Source: the human T2T-CHM13v2.0 reference genome, Homo sapiens. Taken from it: a stretch of 64,000 nucleotides of DNA. Location of the stretch: the NCBI RefSeq assembly GCF_009914755.1, contig NC_060940.1; one strand, 5' to 3'. The notes under the pieces are model-generated. The model made no database searches and was not told the DNA's origin. It saw nothing but the letters and a program-made list of their open reading frames with translations. Shown piece by piece: positions 1 to 14,000 of this stretch. The position numbers and the translations under genes are program-made. Each line of letters starts with the position of its first letter. Within the stretch, counting starts at the first letter, position 1.

Positions 1-1111
1 TGAACTCCCAAATGTCCATTCAGAGTAGACAATCACAGTCTTTCCAAACTGCTGAATCAAAAGAAAGGTTTAATGCTCTGAAATGAATGCACTCATCATG
101 AAGTGGTTTCTCAGACTGCTTCCTTCTGGTTTTTATCCTGGGATGTTCACTCTTTCACCCTTGGCCTCAATGAGCTCCCAAATGTCCATTTGCAGAATGG
201 ACAAAAACAGTGATTCCAAACTGCTGAATCAAAAGAAAGGTTTAACTCTGTGGGATGAAGGCAAACATCACAAAAAGTTTCTCAGATAGCTTCCTTCTAG
301 TTTTTATCCTGGGATATACCCCTTTTCACCATGGGACTTAATGAGTTCCAAAATGTCCATTCACAGAATGGACTAAAACAGGGTTTCCAAATTGGTGAGT
401 CAAGAGTAAGGTTTAACTCTGTGAGATGAATGCACACATCACAAAGCAGTTTCTCAGAAAGATTCTTTCTAGTTTTTATCTGAAGTTATTTTCTTTGTCA
501 ATATAGGCATCAATGCGCTCCCAAGTATCCCTTTACTATTCTAAAAAAACAGTGTTTCCAAATTGCTGAAGAAAAAGAAGGGTTTAATTCTGGTGATGAA
601 TGCACACTTCTTAAAGTGGTTCCTCAGATAGCTTCCTTCTAGTTTTTATCCTGTGATATTCGCTTTTTCACCATTGGCCTCAATGAGCTCCATAATGTCC
701 TTTCACAGAATGGGCAAGAACAATGTTTCCAAACTGCTGCATCAAAAGAATGGTTTAACGCTGTGAGATGAATGCACACATCACAAAGAAGTTTCTCAGA
801 AAGCTTCTTTCTAGTTTTTATCTGAAGACATTTTCTTTTTCAGCATAGGCCTCAATTTGCTCCAAAATATCTCTTCCCAGGTTATCCAAAAACAGTGTTT
901 GCAAACTGATGAATGAAAAGAAAGTTTTAACTCTGTGAGATGAATGCACACATCACAAACCGGTTTCTAAGATAGCTATCCTCCAGTTTATATCTTGAGA
1001 TATCGACTTTTCCGCCATTGTCCTCAATGAGCTCCTGAATACCACTTCAGAGATTCTACAAAAAAAGTGTTTCTAAACTGCTGAATGAAAAGTTATGTTT
1101 CACTCTGTGAT

Positions 1112-3170
1112 ATCAATGCACACATCACAAAGCAGAGTCTCAGATAGCTTCCTTCTAGTTTTTATCCTGCAGTATTCCCTTTTTCAGCATAGGCCTCAAT
1201 GAGCTCAGAAGTGTCCATTCACAGAATGGACAAAACAGTGTTTCCAAACTGCTAAATCAAAAGGAAGGTTTAACTCAGTGAGATGAATGTACACATCACA
1301 AAGCACTTTCTCAGAAAGCTTCTTTCTGGTTTTTATCTGAGCTTATTTTTTTTCACCATAGGCCTCAATGTGCCCCGAAATATCCCTTCTCAGATTCTAA
1401 AAAAGAGTGTTTCAACACTGCTGAAAGAAATGAAAGATTTAACTCTGTGAGATGAATGAACAGAACACAACGTGGTTTCTCAGATAGCTTCCTTCTAGTT
1501 TTTACACTGGGATATTCTCTTTTGCACCATTGGTCTCAATGAGTTCCCAAATGTGCATTCACAGAATGGGCAAAAACAGGGTTTCCAAACTGCTGAATCA
1601 CAAGAAAGATTTAACTATATGAGATCCATGCACACATCACAAAGCAGTTTCTCAGAATGCTTCTTTCTATTTTTTATCTGTAGCTATTTTCTTTTTCACC
1701 ATAGGCTTCACTGTGATCCCAAATATCCCTTCACAGATTCTATAAAAACAGCGTTTCCAATCTGCTGAATGAAAAGAAAGATTTAACTCTGCAGGATCAA
1801 TGCACACATCACAGAGTGGAGTTTCAGATAGCTTCCTTCCAGTTTTTATCCTGGGGCATTCGCTTTTTCACCATAGGCTTCAATGAGCTCAAAAATGTCC
1901 ATTCACAGAATGGACAAAACAGTGTTTCCAAACTGCTAAATCAAAAGAAAGGTTTAACTCAGTGAGACGAATGTACACATCACAAAACACTTTCTCAGAA
2001 AGCTTCTTTCTCGTTTTTATCTGAGCATATTTCCTTTTCACCATAGGCCTCAATGTGCCCCCAAATATCCCCTCTCAGATTCTAAAAAAGAGTGTTTCAA
2101 CACTGCTGAAAGAAATGGAAGATTTTGAATGAACAGACCACAACGTGGTTTCTCAGATACCTTCCTTCTAGTTTTTACACTGGGATATTCCCTTTTGCAC
2201 CATTGGTCTCAATGAGCTCCCAAATGTGCACTCACAAAATGGGCAAAAACAGTGTTTCCAAACTGCTGAATCACAAGAAAGATTTAACTATATGAGATCT
2301 ATTAATACAGCACAAAGCAGTTTCTCAGGACGCTTCTTTCTATTCTTTATCTGTAGCTATTTTCTTTTTCACCATAGGCTTCACTGTGATCCCAAATATC
2401 CCTTCGCAATTCTATAAAAACAGCATTTCCAATCTGCTGAATGAAAAGAAAGATTTAACTCTGCAGGATCAATGCACACATCACAGAGCGGAGTCTCAGA
2501 TAGCTTCCTTCCAGTTTTTATCCTGGGGTATTCGCTTTTTCACCGTAGTCTTCAATGAGCTCACAAATGTCCATTTGCAGAATGGACAAAACAGTGTTTC
2601 CAAACTGCTAAATCAAAAGGAAGGTTTAACTCAGTGAGACGAATGTACACATCACAAAACACTTTCTCAGAAAGCTTCTTTCTCGTTTTTATCTGATCAT
2701 ATTTCCTTTTCACCATAGGCCTCAATGTGCCCCCAAATATCCCTTCTCAGATTCTAAAAAAGAGTGTTTCAACACTGCTGAAAGAAAAGAAAGATTTAAC
2801 TCTGTGAGATGAATGAACAGAACACAACGTGGTTTCTCAGATAGCTTTCTTCTAGTTTTTATCCTGGGATATTCCCTTTTGCACTATTGGTCTCAATGAG
2901 CTCCCAAATGTCCATTTGCATAATGGGCAAAAACAGTGTTTCCAAACTGCTGAATCAAAAGAAAGATTTAACTATGTGAGATCTATGCACACATCACAAA
3001 GCAGTTTCTTAGAACGCTTCTTTCTGGATTTTATCTATAGATATTTTCTTTTTCACCATAGGCCTCACTGTGATCCCAAATATCCCTTCACAGATTCTAT
3101 AAAAACAGCGTTTCCAATCTGCTGAATGAAAAGAAAGGTTTAACACTGCAGGATCAATGCACCCATCGCA
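1112..3170 (-). repeat. Tandem triplication of a 4-monomer (~685 bp) alphoid unit
   Basis: The private motif ttcaacactgctgaaagaaa occurs at 1411, 2096 and 2768. Three near-identical chance ORFs start at 1553, 2226 and 2916. Confidence 0.88.
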
Positions 3171-6100
3171 GAGTAGTTTCTCAGATATCTTCCTTCTAGT
3201 TTTTATCCTGGGATATTAGCTTTTTCACCACTGACCTCAATGAGCTCCCAAATGTCCATTTGCAGAATGGACCAAAACAGTGTTTCTAAACTGCTGAATC
3301 AAAACAAAGTTTTAGCTTTGTGAGATGAATGCACACATCACAAAGCAGTTTCTCAGAAAGCTTCTTTCTAGTTTTTATCTGAAGATATTTTCCTTTTCAC
3401 CATAGGCCTCAATGAGCTCCAAAATATCCCTTTGCAGATTCTACAAAACCGTGTTTCCAAACTGCTGAATGAAAAGAAACGTTTAAGTCATGAGACAAAT
3501 GCACTTATCACAAATCGGTTTCTCAGATAGCATTCTTTTCATTTTTATCCTTGGATATTTTCTCTTTGGCAATTGGCCTCAATGATCTCATAAATGTCCA
3601 TTCACAAAATGGACAAAAACACTGTTTCCAAACTGCTGAATGAAAAGAAAATTTTAACTCTGTGAGATGAATGCACAAATCACAGAGCAGTTTCTCAGGT
3701 AGATTCCTTCACGTTTTTCCTGTTATATTCACTTTTACACTATTGGCCACAAAGAGCTCCTGAAAGTCCATTCACAGAATGCACAAAAGCAGTGTTTCCA
3801 AAATACTGAATCAAAAGAATGATTTAGCTCTGTAAGACGAATGCACACAGCACAAAGCTGTTTCTCAGAAAGGTTCCTTTTGGCTTTTATCCTAGGTTAT
3901 TCACTTTTTTGCCATTTGCCTCAATGAGCTGCCAAATGTCCATTTGCAGAATGGACAAAAACTCTGTTTCCATACTCTGAATGAAAACAAAGTTTAACAC
4001 TATGACAAGATGAAGTCTCAATTAGCTCCCAAATATCCATTTGAAGAATGGGGAAAAAAAATTTTTTCCAAACTCCTGAATCAAAAGGAAGGTTTAACTC
4101 TGTTAGATGAACACACACATCAGAAAGCATTTTCTAAGAAAGCTTCATTCTAGTTTCTGTGTGAAGATATTTTCTTTTTAACCAGAGGCATTGATGATCT
4201 CCCAAATATCCCTTCACAGATTCTACAAAAACAGTGTTTCCAAGTTGCTGAATGAAAATAAAGGTTTAACTCTGCGAGCTGAATGCACACATCACAAAGC
4301 AGTTTCTCAGATAGCATCCTTCTAGTTTATCCTGGGATATATGCTTTTTCACCATTGGCCTGAATGGGCTCGAAAATGTCCATTTGCAGAATGGACAAAA
4401 ACAGTGTTTCCAAATGGTTTAATGAAAAGAAATGTTTATCTGTTTGCGATGAATGCACTCATCACAAAGCTGTTTCTCAGGTGGCTTCACTCTGGTTTTT
4501 ATCCTGGGATACTTGCTTTTCCTCCACTGGCCTCATTGTGCTCCAAATATTCCTTCCCAGATTCTACAAAAACACTGTTTCCACACTGCTGAATGAAAGG
4601 AAAGGTTTAACACTACGAGATGAATGCACACATTGAAAAGCGGTTTCTCAGATAGATTCCTTTTAGTTTTTATCCTGGGATATTCGATTTTTCTCCATTG
4701 GCTTTGATGAGCTCCCAAATGTCCATTTGCAGAATTTACAAAAAAAGTGTTTCCAAACTGCTGAATCAAAAGAAATGTTTCTCTGTGAGATGAAATTACA
4801 TATCAGAAAGCAGTTCCTCAGAAATCTTCCTTCTAATTTTTATCTGAGGATATTTTTCTTTTCACCATAAGCCTCAATGTGCTCCCAAGTATCCCTTCAC
4901 AAATTCTTCACAAACAGTGTTTCCAAACTGCTAATGGAAAAGAATACTTAAACTCTGCAATATGAATGCACACATCCCAAAGCAGTTTCTCATAGCTTCC
5001 TTCTGGGTTTTTACTTTTGGATATTCTCTTTTCTGCAATTGGTCTCAATGAGCTCCCAAAATCCATTCGCAGAATGGACAAAAACAGTGTTTCCAAACTG
5101 CTGAATGAAAAGAAATGTTTACCTCTGCGAGATGAATGCACACATCAGAAAGCAGTTTCTCAGATAGCTTCCTTCTAGTTTTTATCCTGGGATATACACT
5201 TTTTCACCTTTGGCCTAAATGATCTCCCACATCTCCATTCACTGAATGGAAAAAAAAACAGTGTTTGCAAACTGCTGAATCAAAAGAAAGTTTAAACTCT
5301 GCGAGATCATTGCACACATCACAAAGCAGTATCTCAGAAAGCTTTATTGTAGTTTTCTTCTGAAGATATTTTGTTTTTCACCTTAGACCTCAATGCCCTC
5401 CCAAATATGCCTTTGTAGGTTCTAAAAAAAGTGTTTCCAAACTGCTAAATGAAAAGAAAGCATTGACTCTATGAGACCATCAAAAAGCGGTTTCTCAGAT
5501 AGCTTCATTCTGGTTTTTATCCTGGGATATGCACTCTTTTGCCATTGGTCTCAGAGCTCCCTAATATGCATTCGCAGAAGAGACAAAAATAGTGTTTCCA
5601 AACTGCTGAATCAAAAGAAAGGTTTAACTCTATGAGTTGAAGGAACCCATCACAAAGCAGTTTTTCTGAAAGCTTCTTTCTAGATTTAATCTGAAGATAA
5701 TTTTTTTACCATAGGCCCCATTATGCTCCTAAATACCCCTTAGCAGATTTTATAAAAACAGTTTTTCCAAACTAATGAATGAAAATAAAGGATTAACTCT
5801 ATGAGAAGAAGGCAGACATCACAAAGCAATTTCTCAGGTCGCTTCCTTCTAGTTTTTATCCTGCAATATTTGCTTTTTCAGCATTGGCCTAAATGAGCTC
5901 CCAAATGTATGTTCCCAGAATATGCAAAAACAGTATTTACAAACTGCCAAATCAAAAGGAAAATTTATCTGTGTGCAATGAATGCACATATCACAAAGCT
6001 ATTTCTCAGGTAGCTTAGTTCTGGTTTTTATCCTGGGATATTCACTTTTCCTCCATTGGCCTCAATGAGCTCCCAAATGTCCATTCACAGAAGGGACAAA

Positions 6101-6979
6101 AACACGGTTTCCAAACTGCTGAATCAAAAAAAAGGTTTAACTCTGTGAGATGAAGGAACTTATCACAAATCAGTTTCTCAGAAGGCTTCTTTCTAGTTTA
6201 AATCTGAAGATATTTTCTTTTTCACCATGGGACCAAATGTGCTCCCAATTACCCCTTCACAGATTCTACAAAAACAGTGTTTCCAAACTGCTGAATGAAA
6301 AGAAAAGATTACCTCTACAAGATGAAGGCAGACATCACAAAGCTTTTTCTCAGATGGCTTTCTTCTAGTTTTTACCCTGGGATATTCACTTTTTCACCAT
6401 TGGCCTCAATGAGCTGCCAAATGTACATTCACAAAATGGAGAAAAGCAGTGTTCCCAATTGCTGAATCAAAAGAAAAGTTTAACTGTGTGAGATGAAGGA
6501 ACACATCACAAAGCAGTTTCTCACAAAGCTTCTTTCTAGTTTTATGCTGACGATATTTTCTTTTTCACCAGAGGCTCCAATGCCCTCCCCCAAATATCTC
6601 TTCACAGATTCATCAAAAATAGTGTTTCCAAACTGCTGAAGGAAAAGAATGGTTTAACTCCACGAGATGAATGCAAACATCTCAAAGCAATTTCTCATAG
6701 CTTCCTTCTGGGTTTTTATTTTTGGATATTCGCTTTTTTACTATTGGCCTCAATGAGCTCAAAAATCAATTCACAGAATGGACAAACACAGTGTTTCCAA
6801 ACTGCTGAATGAAAAGAAACATTTTTCTCAGAGAGATGAATGAGCATATGACAAAGTGGTTTCTCCAATAGCTTCTTTCCAGTTCTTACCCTGGTATATT
6901 CTTTTTTTCACCATTGGCCTCAAAGAGCTCCCAAATGTCCATTCATATAATGGACAAAAACAGGGTTTCCAAACTGCTG

Positions 6980-8010
6980 AATCAAAAGAATGGTTTAACT
7001 CTGTGAGATGCATGCACAAATCCCAAAGCAGTTTCTCAGAAAGATTCTTTCTAATTTTTATCTGAAGATATTTCCTTTTTCATCATTAGCCTCAATCTGA
7101 TCCAAAAGATTGCTTCTCAGATTCTACAAAAACAGCATATCCACAGTGCCGAATCAAAAAAAAATGAAACCTGCAAGATGAATGCACATATCACAAGGCA
7201 GTTTCTCAGATAAATTCCTTCTAGTTTTTATCCTGGTATATTAGCTTTTTCATCTTTGGCGTCAACGGGCTCCCAAATCTCCTTTCACAGAATTGACAAA
7301 TACGTCTTTCCAAACAGCTGAATGAAAAGAAAGATTTAACTCTATGAGATGAATGCACATATCACAAAGTGGTTTCTCACATAGCTTCCTTTTAGTTTTT
7401 ATCCTGGGATATTTGCTTTTTTGCCACTGGCCTAGATGAGCTGCCAAATGTCCATTTGCAGAATGGACAAAAACAGTGTTTCCAAACTGCTGAATCAAAA
7501 GAATGGTTTAACTCTGTGAGATGCATGCACAAATCACAAAGCAGTTTCTCACAAAGATTCTTTCTAATTTTTATCTGAAGATATTTCCTTTTTCATCATT
7601 GGCCTCAATCCAATCCAAAAGATTGCTTCTTAAATTCTACAAAAACAGCATTTCCACACTGCTGAATCCAAAAAAAAAAAAAAGAACCCTGTGTGATGAA
7701 TGCACACATCACAAGGCAGTTTCTCAGATAGTTTCCTTCTAGTTTTTATCCTGGTATATTAGCTTTCTCATCTTTGGCCTCAATGGGCTCCCAAATCTCC
7801 TTTCACAAAATTGACAAATCCATCTTTACAAACTGCTGAATGAAAAGAAAGATTTAACTCTATGAGATGAATGCACATATCACTAAGCTGTTTCTCACGT
7901 AGCTTCCTTCTAGTTTTTATCCTGGGATATTCGCTTTCTCACCACTGGCCTAGATGAGCTCCCAAATGTCCATTCACAGAAAGGACAAAAACAGTGTTGA
8001 CAAACTGCTG
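6980..8010 (-). repeat. Tandem duplication of a 3-monomer (~513 bp) alphoid unit
   Basis: tccaaaagattgcttct at 7101 and 7614; ccactggcctagatgagc at ~7424 and ~7942. Confidence 0.85.
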
Positions 8011-11000
8011 AATCAAAAAAAATTTTAACTCTGTGAGATGAAGGCACACATCACAACGCAGTTTCTCAGAAAGCTTCTTTCTATTTTTTATCTAAAGATA
8101 TTTTCTTTTTAAGCATAGGCCACAACATTACCCAATTATTGCTTCACAGATTCTACAAAAACAGTGTTTCCAAACTGCTGAACAAAAAGAAAGGTTTAAT
8201 TATGAGTGATTAATGCACACATCACAAAAAGATTTCTCAGTTAGCTTCTTTCTAGTTTTCATCATGGGATTTTTGTTTTTTGCAATTGGCCTCAATGAGC
8301 CCCCATATGTCCATTTGCAGAATGGACAAAAATGTGTTTCCAAACTGTTATATGAAAAGAAATGTTTACCTCTGAGAGATGAATGCACACATCACAAATC
8401 ACTTTATCAGATAGCTTCCTTCTAGTTTTCATCCTAGGATATTTGCTTTTTTGCCATTGGCCTCAATGAGCTCCCAAATATCCATTCACAGAAAGGAAAA
8501 AAACTGTTTACAAACTGCTGAATCAAAGAAAGTTTTAAATCTATGCAATGAATGCCCCCATCACAAAGTGGTTTCTCAGACAGTCTCCTTCTAATTTTTA
8601 TCCTGGGATACTCACTTTTTGCCATTGGCCTCAAGGAACTCTCAAGTGTCCATTTGCAGAATGCACAAAAACAGTGTTTCAAAACTGCTGTATCAAAAAA
8701 AGATTTAATTTTGTGAAATGAATGCACACATCACAAAGCAATTTCTCAGATAGCTTCCTTCTAGATTTCATCCTGGGATAGTCTCTTTTTCACCATTAGC
8801 TTAATGACCTTTCAAATGTCCATTTGCAGAAAGTACAAAAATAGTGTTACCAAACTGCTGAATCAAAAGCAATGTTAAACTCCGTGAGATGAATGAGCAT
8901 ACTGAAAGTGGCTTCTCCAGTAGCTTCCTTCTTGATTTTTTCCTGGGATATTTGCTTTATCACTGTTGGACTCAATGAGCTCCCAAATGACCGCACGCAG
9001 AATGGACAAAAACAGTGTTTCCAAACTGCTGAATCAAAAGAATGGTTCAACTTTTTGAGATGAATGCAAACATCACATCTCAGAAAGTTACTTTCTAGTC
9101 TTTTTCTGAAGATATTTTCTTTTTCACCATAGGCCACAATGCTCTCCCAAATACCTCTTAGCTGATTCTACAAAAACAGTATTTCTAAACTGCTGAATGA
9201 ACAGAAAGTTTACCTCTGTGAGATGAATGCACACATCACAATGCTGTTTCTCAGATAAATTCCTTCTAGTTTTCATAATGGGATATTCGGTTTTTCACTA
9301 TTGCCCTCAATGAGCTCCCAAATGTACATTCACAGAATGAACAAAAACTGTGTTTCCAAACTGCTGAATCAAAAGAATGGTTTAACTCTTGGAGATGAAT
9401 GAAAGCATCACAAAGCAGTTTCTCAGAATGTTTCTTTCTAGTTTTTATATCTGAAGATATTTTCCTTTTCACTATAGGCCACAATGTGCTCCCAAATATC
9501 CCATCACAGATTCTAACAAAAGAGTGCTTTAAAACTGCTCAATAAAAGGAAAGATTTAATTCTCTGAGATGAAGGCACACATCACAAATTGGTTCCTCAT
9601 ATAGCTTTCTTTTGGATTTGCCCTGGGATTATCGCACTTTCATCATTGACCTCAAAGAGCTCCCAAATGTCCATTCACAGAAAGGACTAAAACAGTGTTT
9701 CCAAACTGCTGAATCGAAGAAACTTTTAAATCTGCGTGATGAATGCACCCATCACAAAGTGATTTCTCATACAGCTTCCTTCTAGTTTTTATCCTTGGAT
9801 ATTCACTTCACCATTGGTCTCAAGGAGCTCCCAAGTGTACATTCACAAAATGGACAAAAACAGTATTTCAAAACTGCTAAATCCAAGGAAAGGTTTAATT
9901 CAGTGAGGTGCAGGTACACATCACAAAGCAGTTTCTCAGAAAGATTATTTCTAGTTTTTATCTAAATATATTTACTTTTTCACCATAGGCATCAATGCAC
10001 TCCCAAATATTTCTTAGCAGATGCTAAAAAACAAAGAAAAAACTTTCCAAACTGCTAAATGAAATGAAAGGTTTAACTCTGCTTGGTGAATGCACATATC
10101 ACAAAACCGTTTATCAGACAGGTTCCCTCTAGTTTTTGTCCTGTGATATTCATTTTTTTTGCCATTGGCCTCAATGAGCTCCCATATGTCCATTCACAGA
10201 ATGGACAAAAAAACTGCTGAATCAAAAGAAATGTTTACCTCTGTGAGATGAATGCACACTTCACTAAGCACTTTCTCAGAATGTTTCTTTCTAGTTTTTA
10301 TCTAAAGGTATTTTCTTTTTCACCATTGGCATCCAAGAGCTCCCAAATATGCCATCACAGATCCTTCAAAAACTGTGTTTCCAAATGCTAAATGAAAAGA
10401 AATGTTAACATATCATAAAGCAGTTTTTCAGATAGCTTCATTCTAGTTTTTATCTTTGTATTTTCACTTTTTTGCAATTCACCTCAATGAGATCCCAAAT
10501 ATCCATTCACAGAAAGTACAAAAACAGTGTTTACAAACAGCTGAATCAAAAGAAAGTTTTACATCTCATAGATGAATGCACAAACAACAAAGCAGTTTCT
10601 CAGAAAGCTTCTTTCTAGTTTTTATTTGGAGATATTTTCTTTATCCACATAGGCCTCAAAAGACACCCAAGTATTCCTTCACAGATACTACAAAAACAGG
10701 GTTTCCAAATTGCTGAATGAAGAGAAAGGTTTACCTTGGTGAGATGAATACACATCAAAAAGCAGTTCCTCAGATAACGTTTTTCTAATTTTTATCCTGG
10801 GATATTCACTTTTTCACCATTGTCCTGAATGAGCTCCTAACTGTCCATTCTCAGAATGGACAAAACCGTGTTTCTAAACTGCTGAATGAAAAGAAACTTA
10901 TACCTCTGTGGGAAGAATTGACACATCACAAAGCATTTTCTCTGGTAGCTTCCTTTTAGTTTTTATCTTGGGATATGCACTTTTTCACTATTGGCCTCAA

Positions 11001-14000
11001 TGAGCTGTCAAATATCCATTGGCAGAATGGACAAAAACAGTGTTTCCAAACTCCTGAATGAAAAGACAGGTTTAACTCTGTGAGATGAATGCGCACATCA
11101 CAAAGCATTTCTCAGATAGCTTCCTTCTAGTTTTTATCCTGGGATATTTGCTTTCTCTCCATTGGCTTCAATGAGTTTTCAAATGTCTATTCACAGAATG
11201 GACAAAAACAGTTTTTGAAAACTGCTATATCAAAAGAAAGGTTTAACTGTGGAATGAATGCACACATCACAAATCAGTTTCTCAGAAAGCTTCCATCTAG
11301 TTTTTATCTGAAGGTATTTTATTTTTCACTGTCTCAATGTACTGTGAAACAACCCTTCAGATATTCTACAAAAACAGTGTTTCAGAACTGCTGAATGAAA
11401 AGTACGTTATAACTCTGAGAGTTGAATGCACACCAAACAAGGCGGTTTTTCAGATAGCTTCCTTCTAGTTTTTATCCTGAGATATTCACTTTTTCTTCAT
11501 TGGCCTCAATGAGTTTTCAAATGTCTATTCACAGAATGGACAAAAACAGTTTTGAAAACTGCTGAATTAAAAGAAAGGTTTAACTCTCTGGAACGAATGC
11601 ACACATCACAAATCAGTTTCTCAGAAAGCTTCCATCTAGTTTTTATCTGAAGGTATTTTATTTTTCACCATAGGCCTCAATGCACTCCGAAATTGCCCTT
11701 CAGAGATTCTAAAAAAAGCAGTGTTTTCAAACTGCTGAATCAAAAGAAAAGTTTAACTCTTCAAGATTAATGCACACCTAAGAAAGCTGAGTCTCAAATA
11801 GCTTCATGTAGTTTTTATCGTGGCATATTTTCTGTTTTGTCATTGGCCTCAATAAGCTGCCAAATGTCCATTTGCAGAATGGACAAAAACAGTGTTTCCA
11901 ATCTGCTGAACAAAAAGAAAGGTTTAACTCTGCAGGATGAATGCACACATCACAAAGCAGTATCTCAGAAAGATTCTTTGTAGTTTTTATCTGAATTTAA
12001 TTTCTTTTCCACTGTAGTCCTCATTGCACTCCCAAATATGTCTTTGCAGATTCTACAACAACAGTGTTTCCAAACTGCTGAATGAAAAGAAAAATTTAAT
12101 TCTGTGAGATGAATGCACAATTTACAAGTGGTTTCTCAGATAGTGTCCTTCTAGTTTTTATCCTGAGATATTAACTTTTTTGCCAGCCTCAAGGAGCTTT
12201 CAAAAGTCTATTCACAGAATTGACAGAGACAGTGTTTCTAAACTGCTGAATCAAAAGAAAGGGTTCACTCTGTGAGAAGAATGCACACATCACAAAACAG
12301 TTTCACAAAAACTTTCTGTCTGGCTTTAACCTGAACATATTTTCTTTTTCACCATAGGCTTAAATGCACTCCCAATTATTCCTTCTCAGATTTGAGAAAA
12401 ACAGTGTTTCCAAACTTTTGAATGAAAGAAAGGTTTATCTCATGAGATGGAAGCCCACATCACAAAGCACTTTCTCTAATAGTTTCCTTCTTGTTTTTCT
12501 CCTGGGATACTCGCCTTTTCGCCATTGGTCTCAATCTGCTCCCAAATGTCCATTCACAGAATGGACACAAACGGTGTTTCCAAACTGTCGAATGAAAAGA
12601 AACATTTAACTGTGTGAGATGAATGGACACAACACAGAGCAGTTTCTCAGCTTGCTTCTTTCTAGTTTTTATTTGAATATACTTTCTTTTTCACCATAGG
12701 CTGCAATGTGCTCCCAAATATCCCTTTGCAGATTCTTCAAAAACAGTGTTTCCAATCTGCTGAATGAAAATAAAGGTTTAAATCTGCGAGGTGAAAGCAC
12801 ATATCAAAAAGCAGTATCTCAGAGACCTTCCTTCTGGTTTTTATCCTGGGATATTTGCTTTTACTCCATTGGTCTTACTGAGTTCCTAAATGTCCATTCA
12901 CAGAATGGACAAAAATAGTGTTTCCAAACTACTTAATGAAAAGAAAGGTTTAACTCAGTGAGATGAATGCACACATCACAAAGGGGTGTCTCAGGTAGCT
13001 TCTTTTTAGTTGTTATCTGAAGATACTTGCTTTTTCACTATAGGCTGCTATGTTCTCCCAAATACACTTTTGCAGTTTCTACAAAAACAGGGTTTCCAAA
13101 CTCCTGAATGAAAAGAATTGTTTAGCTCTGTGAGATGAATGCACATATCAGAAAGCAGTTTCTCAGAAAGCTTCTTTCTAGTTTTTATCTGAATATATTT
13201 TCTTTTTCACCATAGTACTTAAAGTGCTCCCAAATATCCCTTTGCAGATTTTACAAAAACCGTGTTTCCTAATTGCTGAATGCAAAGAAAGGCTTATCTC
13301 TGCCAGGTGAATGCATACATCACAAGGCAGTTTCTCAGATCATTTCCTTCTCGTTTTTATCCTGGGATATACACTTTTTTACCATTGGCCTCAATGAGCT
13401 GCTAAATGTCCATTCAGAGAGTGGACGTAAACAGTGTTTCCAAACTGCTGAATCAAAACAAAGTTTTAACTCTGTGGGGTGAATTCACACATCACAAAGC
13501 AGTTTCTCACAAAGCTTCTTTCTAGTTTTCATCTGAAGATATTTTCTACTTCACCATAGGCCTAAATGTGCTCCCAAGTATACTTTCACACATTCTACAA
13601 AAACAGTGTTTCCAACTGCTGAATCAAAAGAAAAGTTTAACTCTGTGACATGAATGTACACATCACAATATGGTTTCTTTGACAGCTCCATTCTTGTTTT
13701 TATCCTGAAATATTATTTTGTTCATCACTGGCCTAAATGACCCCCAAATGTCCATTCACAAAATGGACAAAAACAGTTTTTCCAAAGTGCTGAATCAAAA
13801 GAAATTTTTACCTGTGTGAGATGAATGCACACATCACAAAGCAGTTTTTCACAAAGCTTCTTTCTAGATTTTATCTGAAGTTATTTTCTTTTTCACCATA
13901 GTCCTCAAAGTACTCCCAAATATCTCTTCTCAGATTTTACAAAAACTGTTTCCAAACTGCTCAATCAAAAGAAAGGTTTATCTCTTATAGATGAATACAT

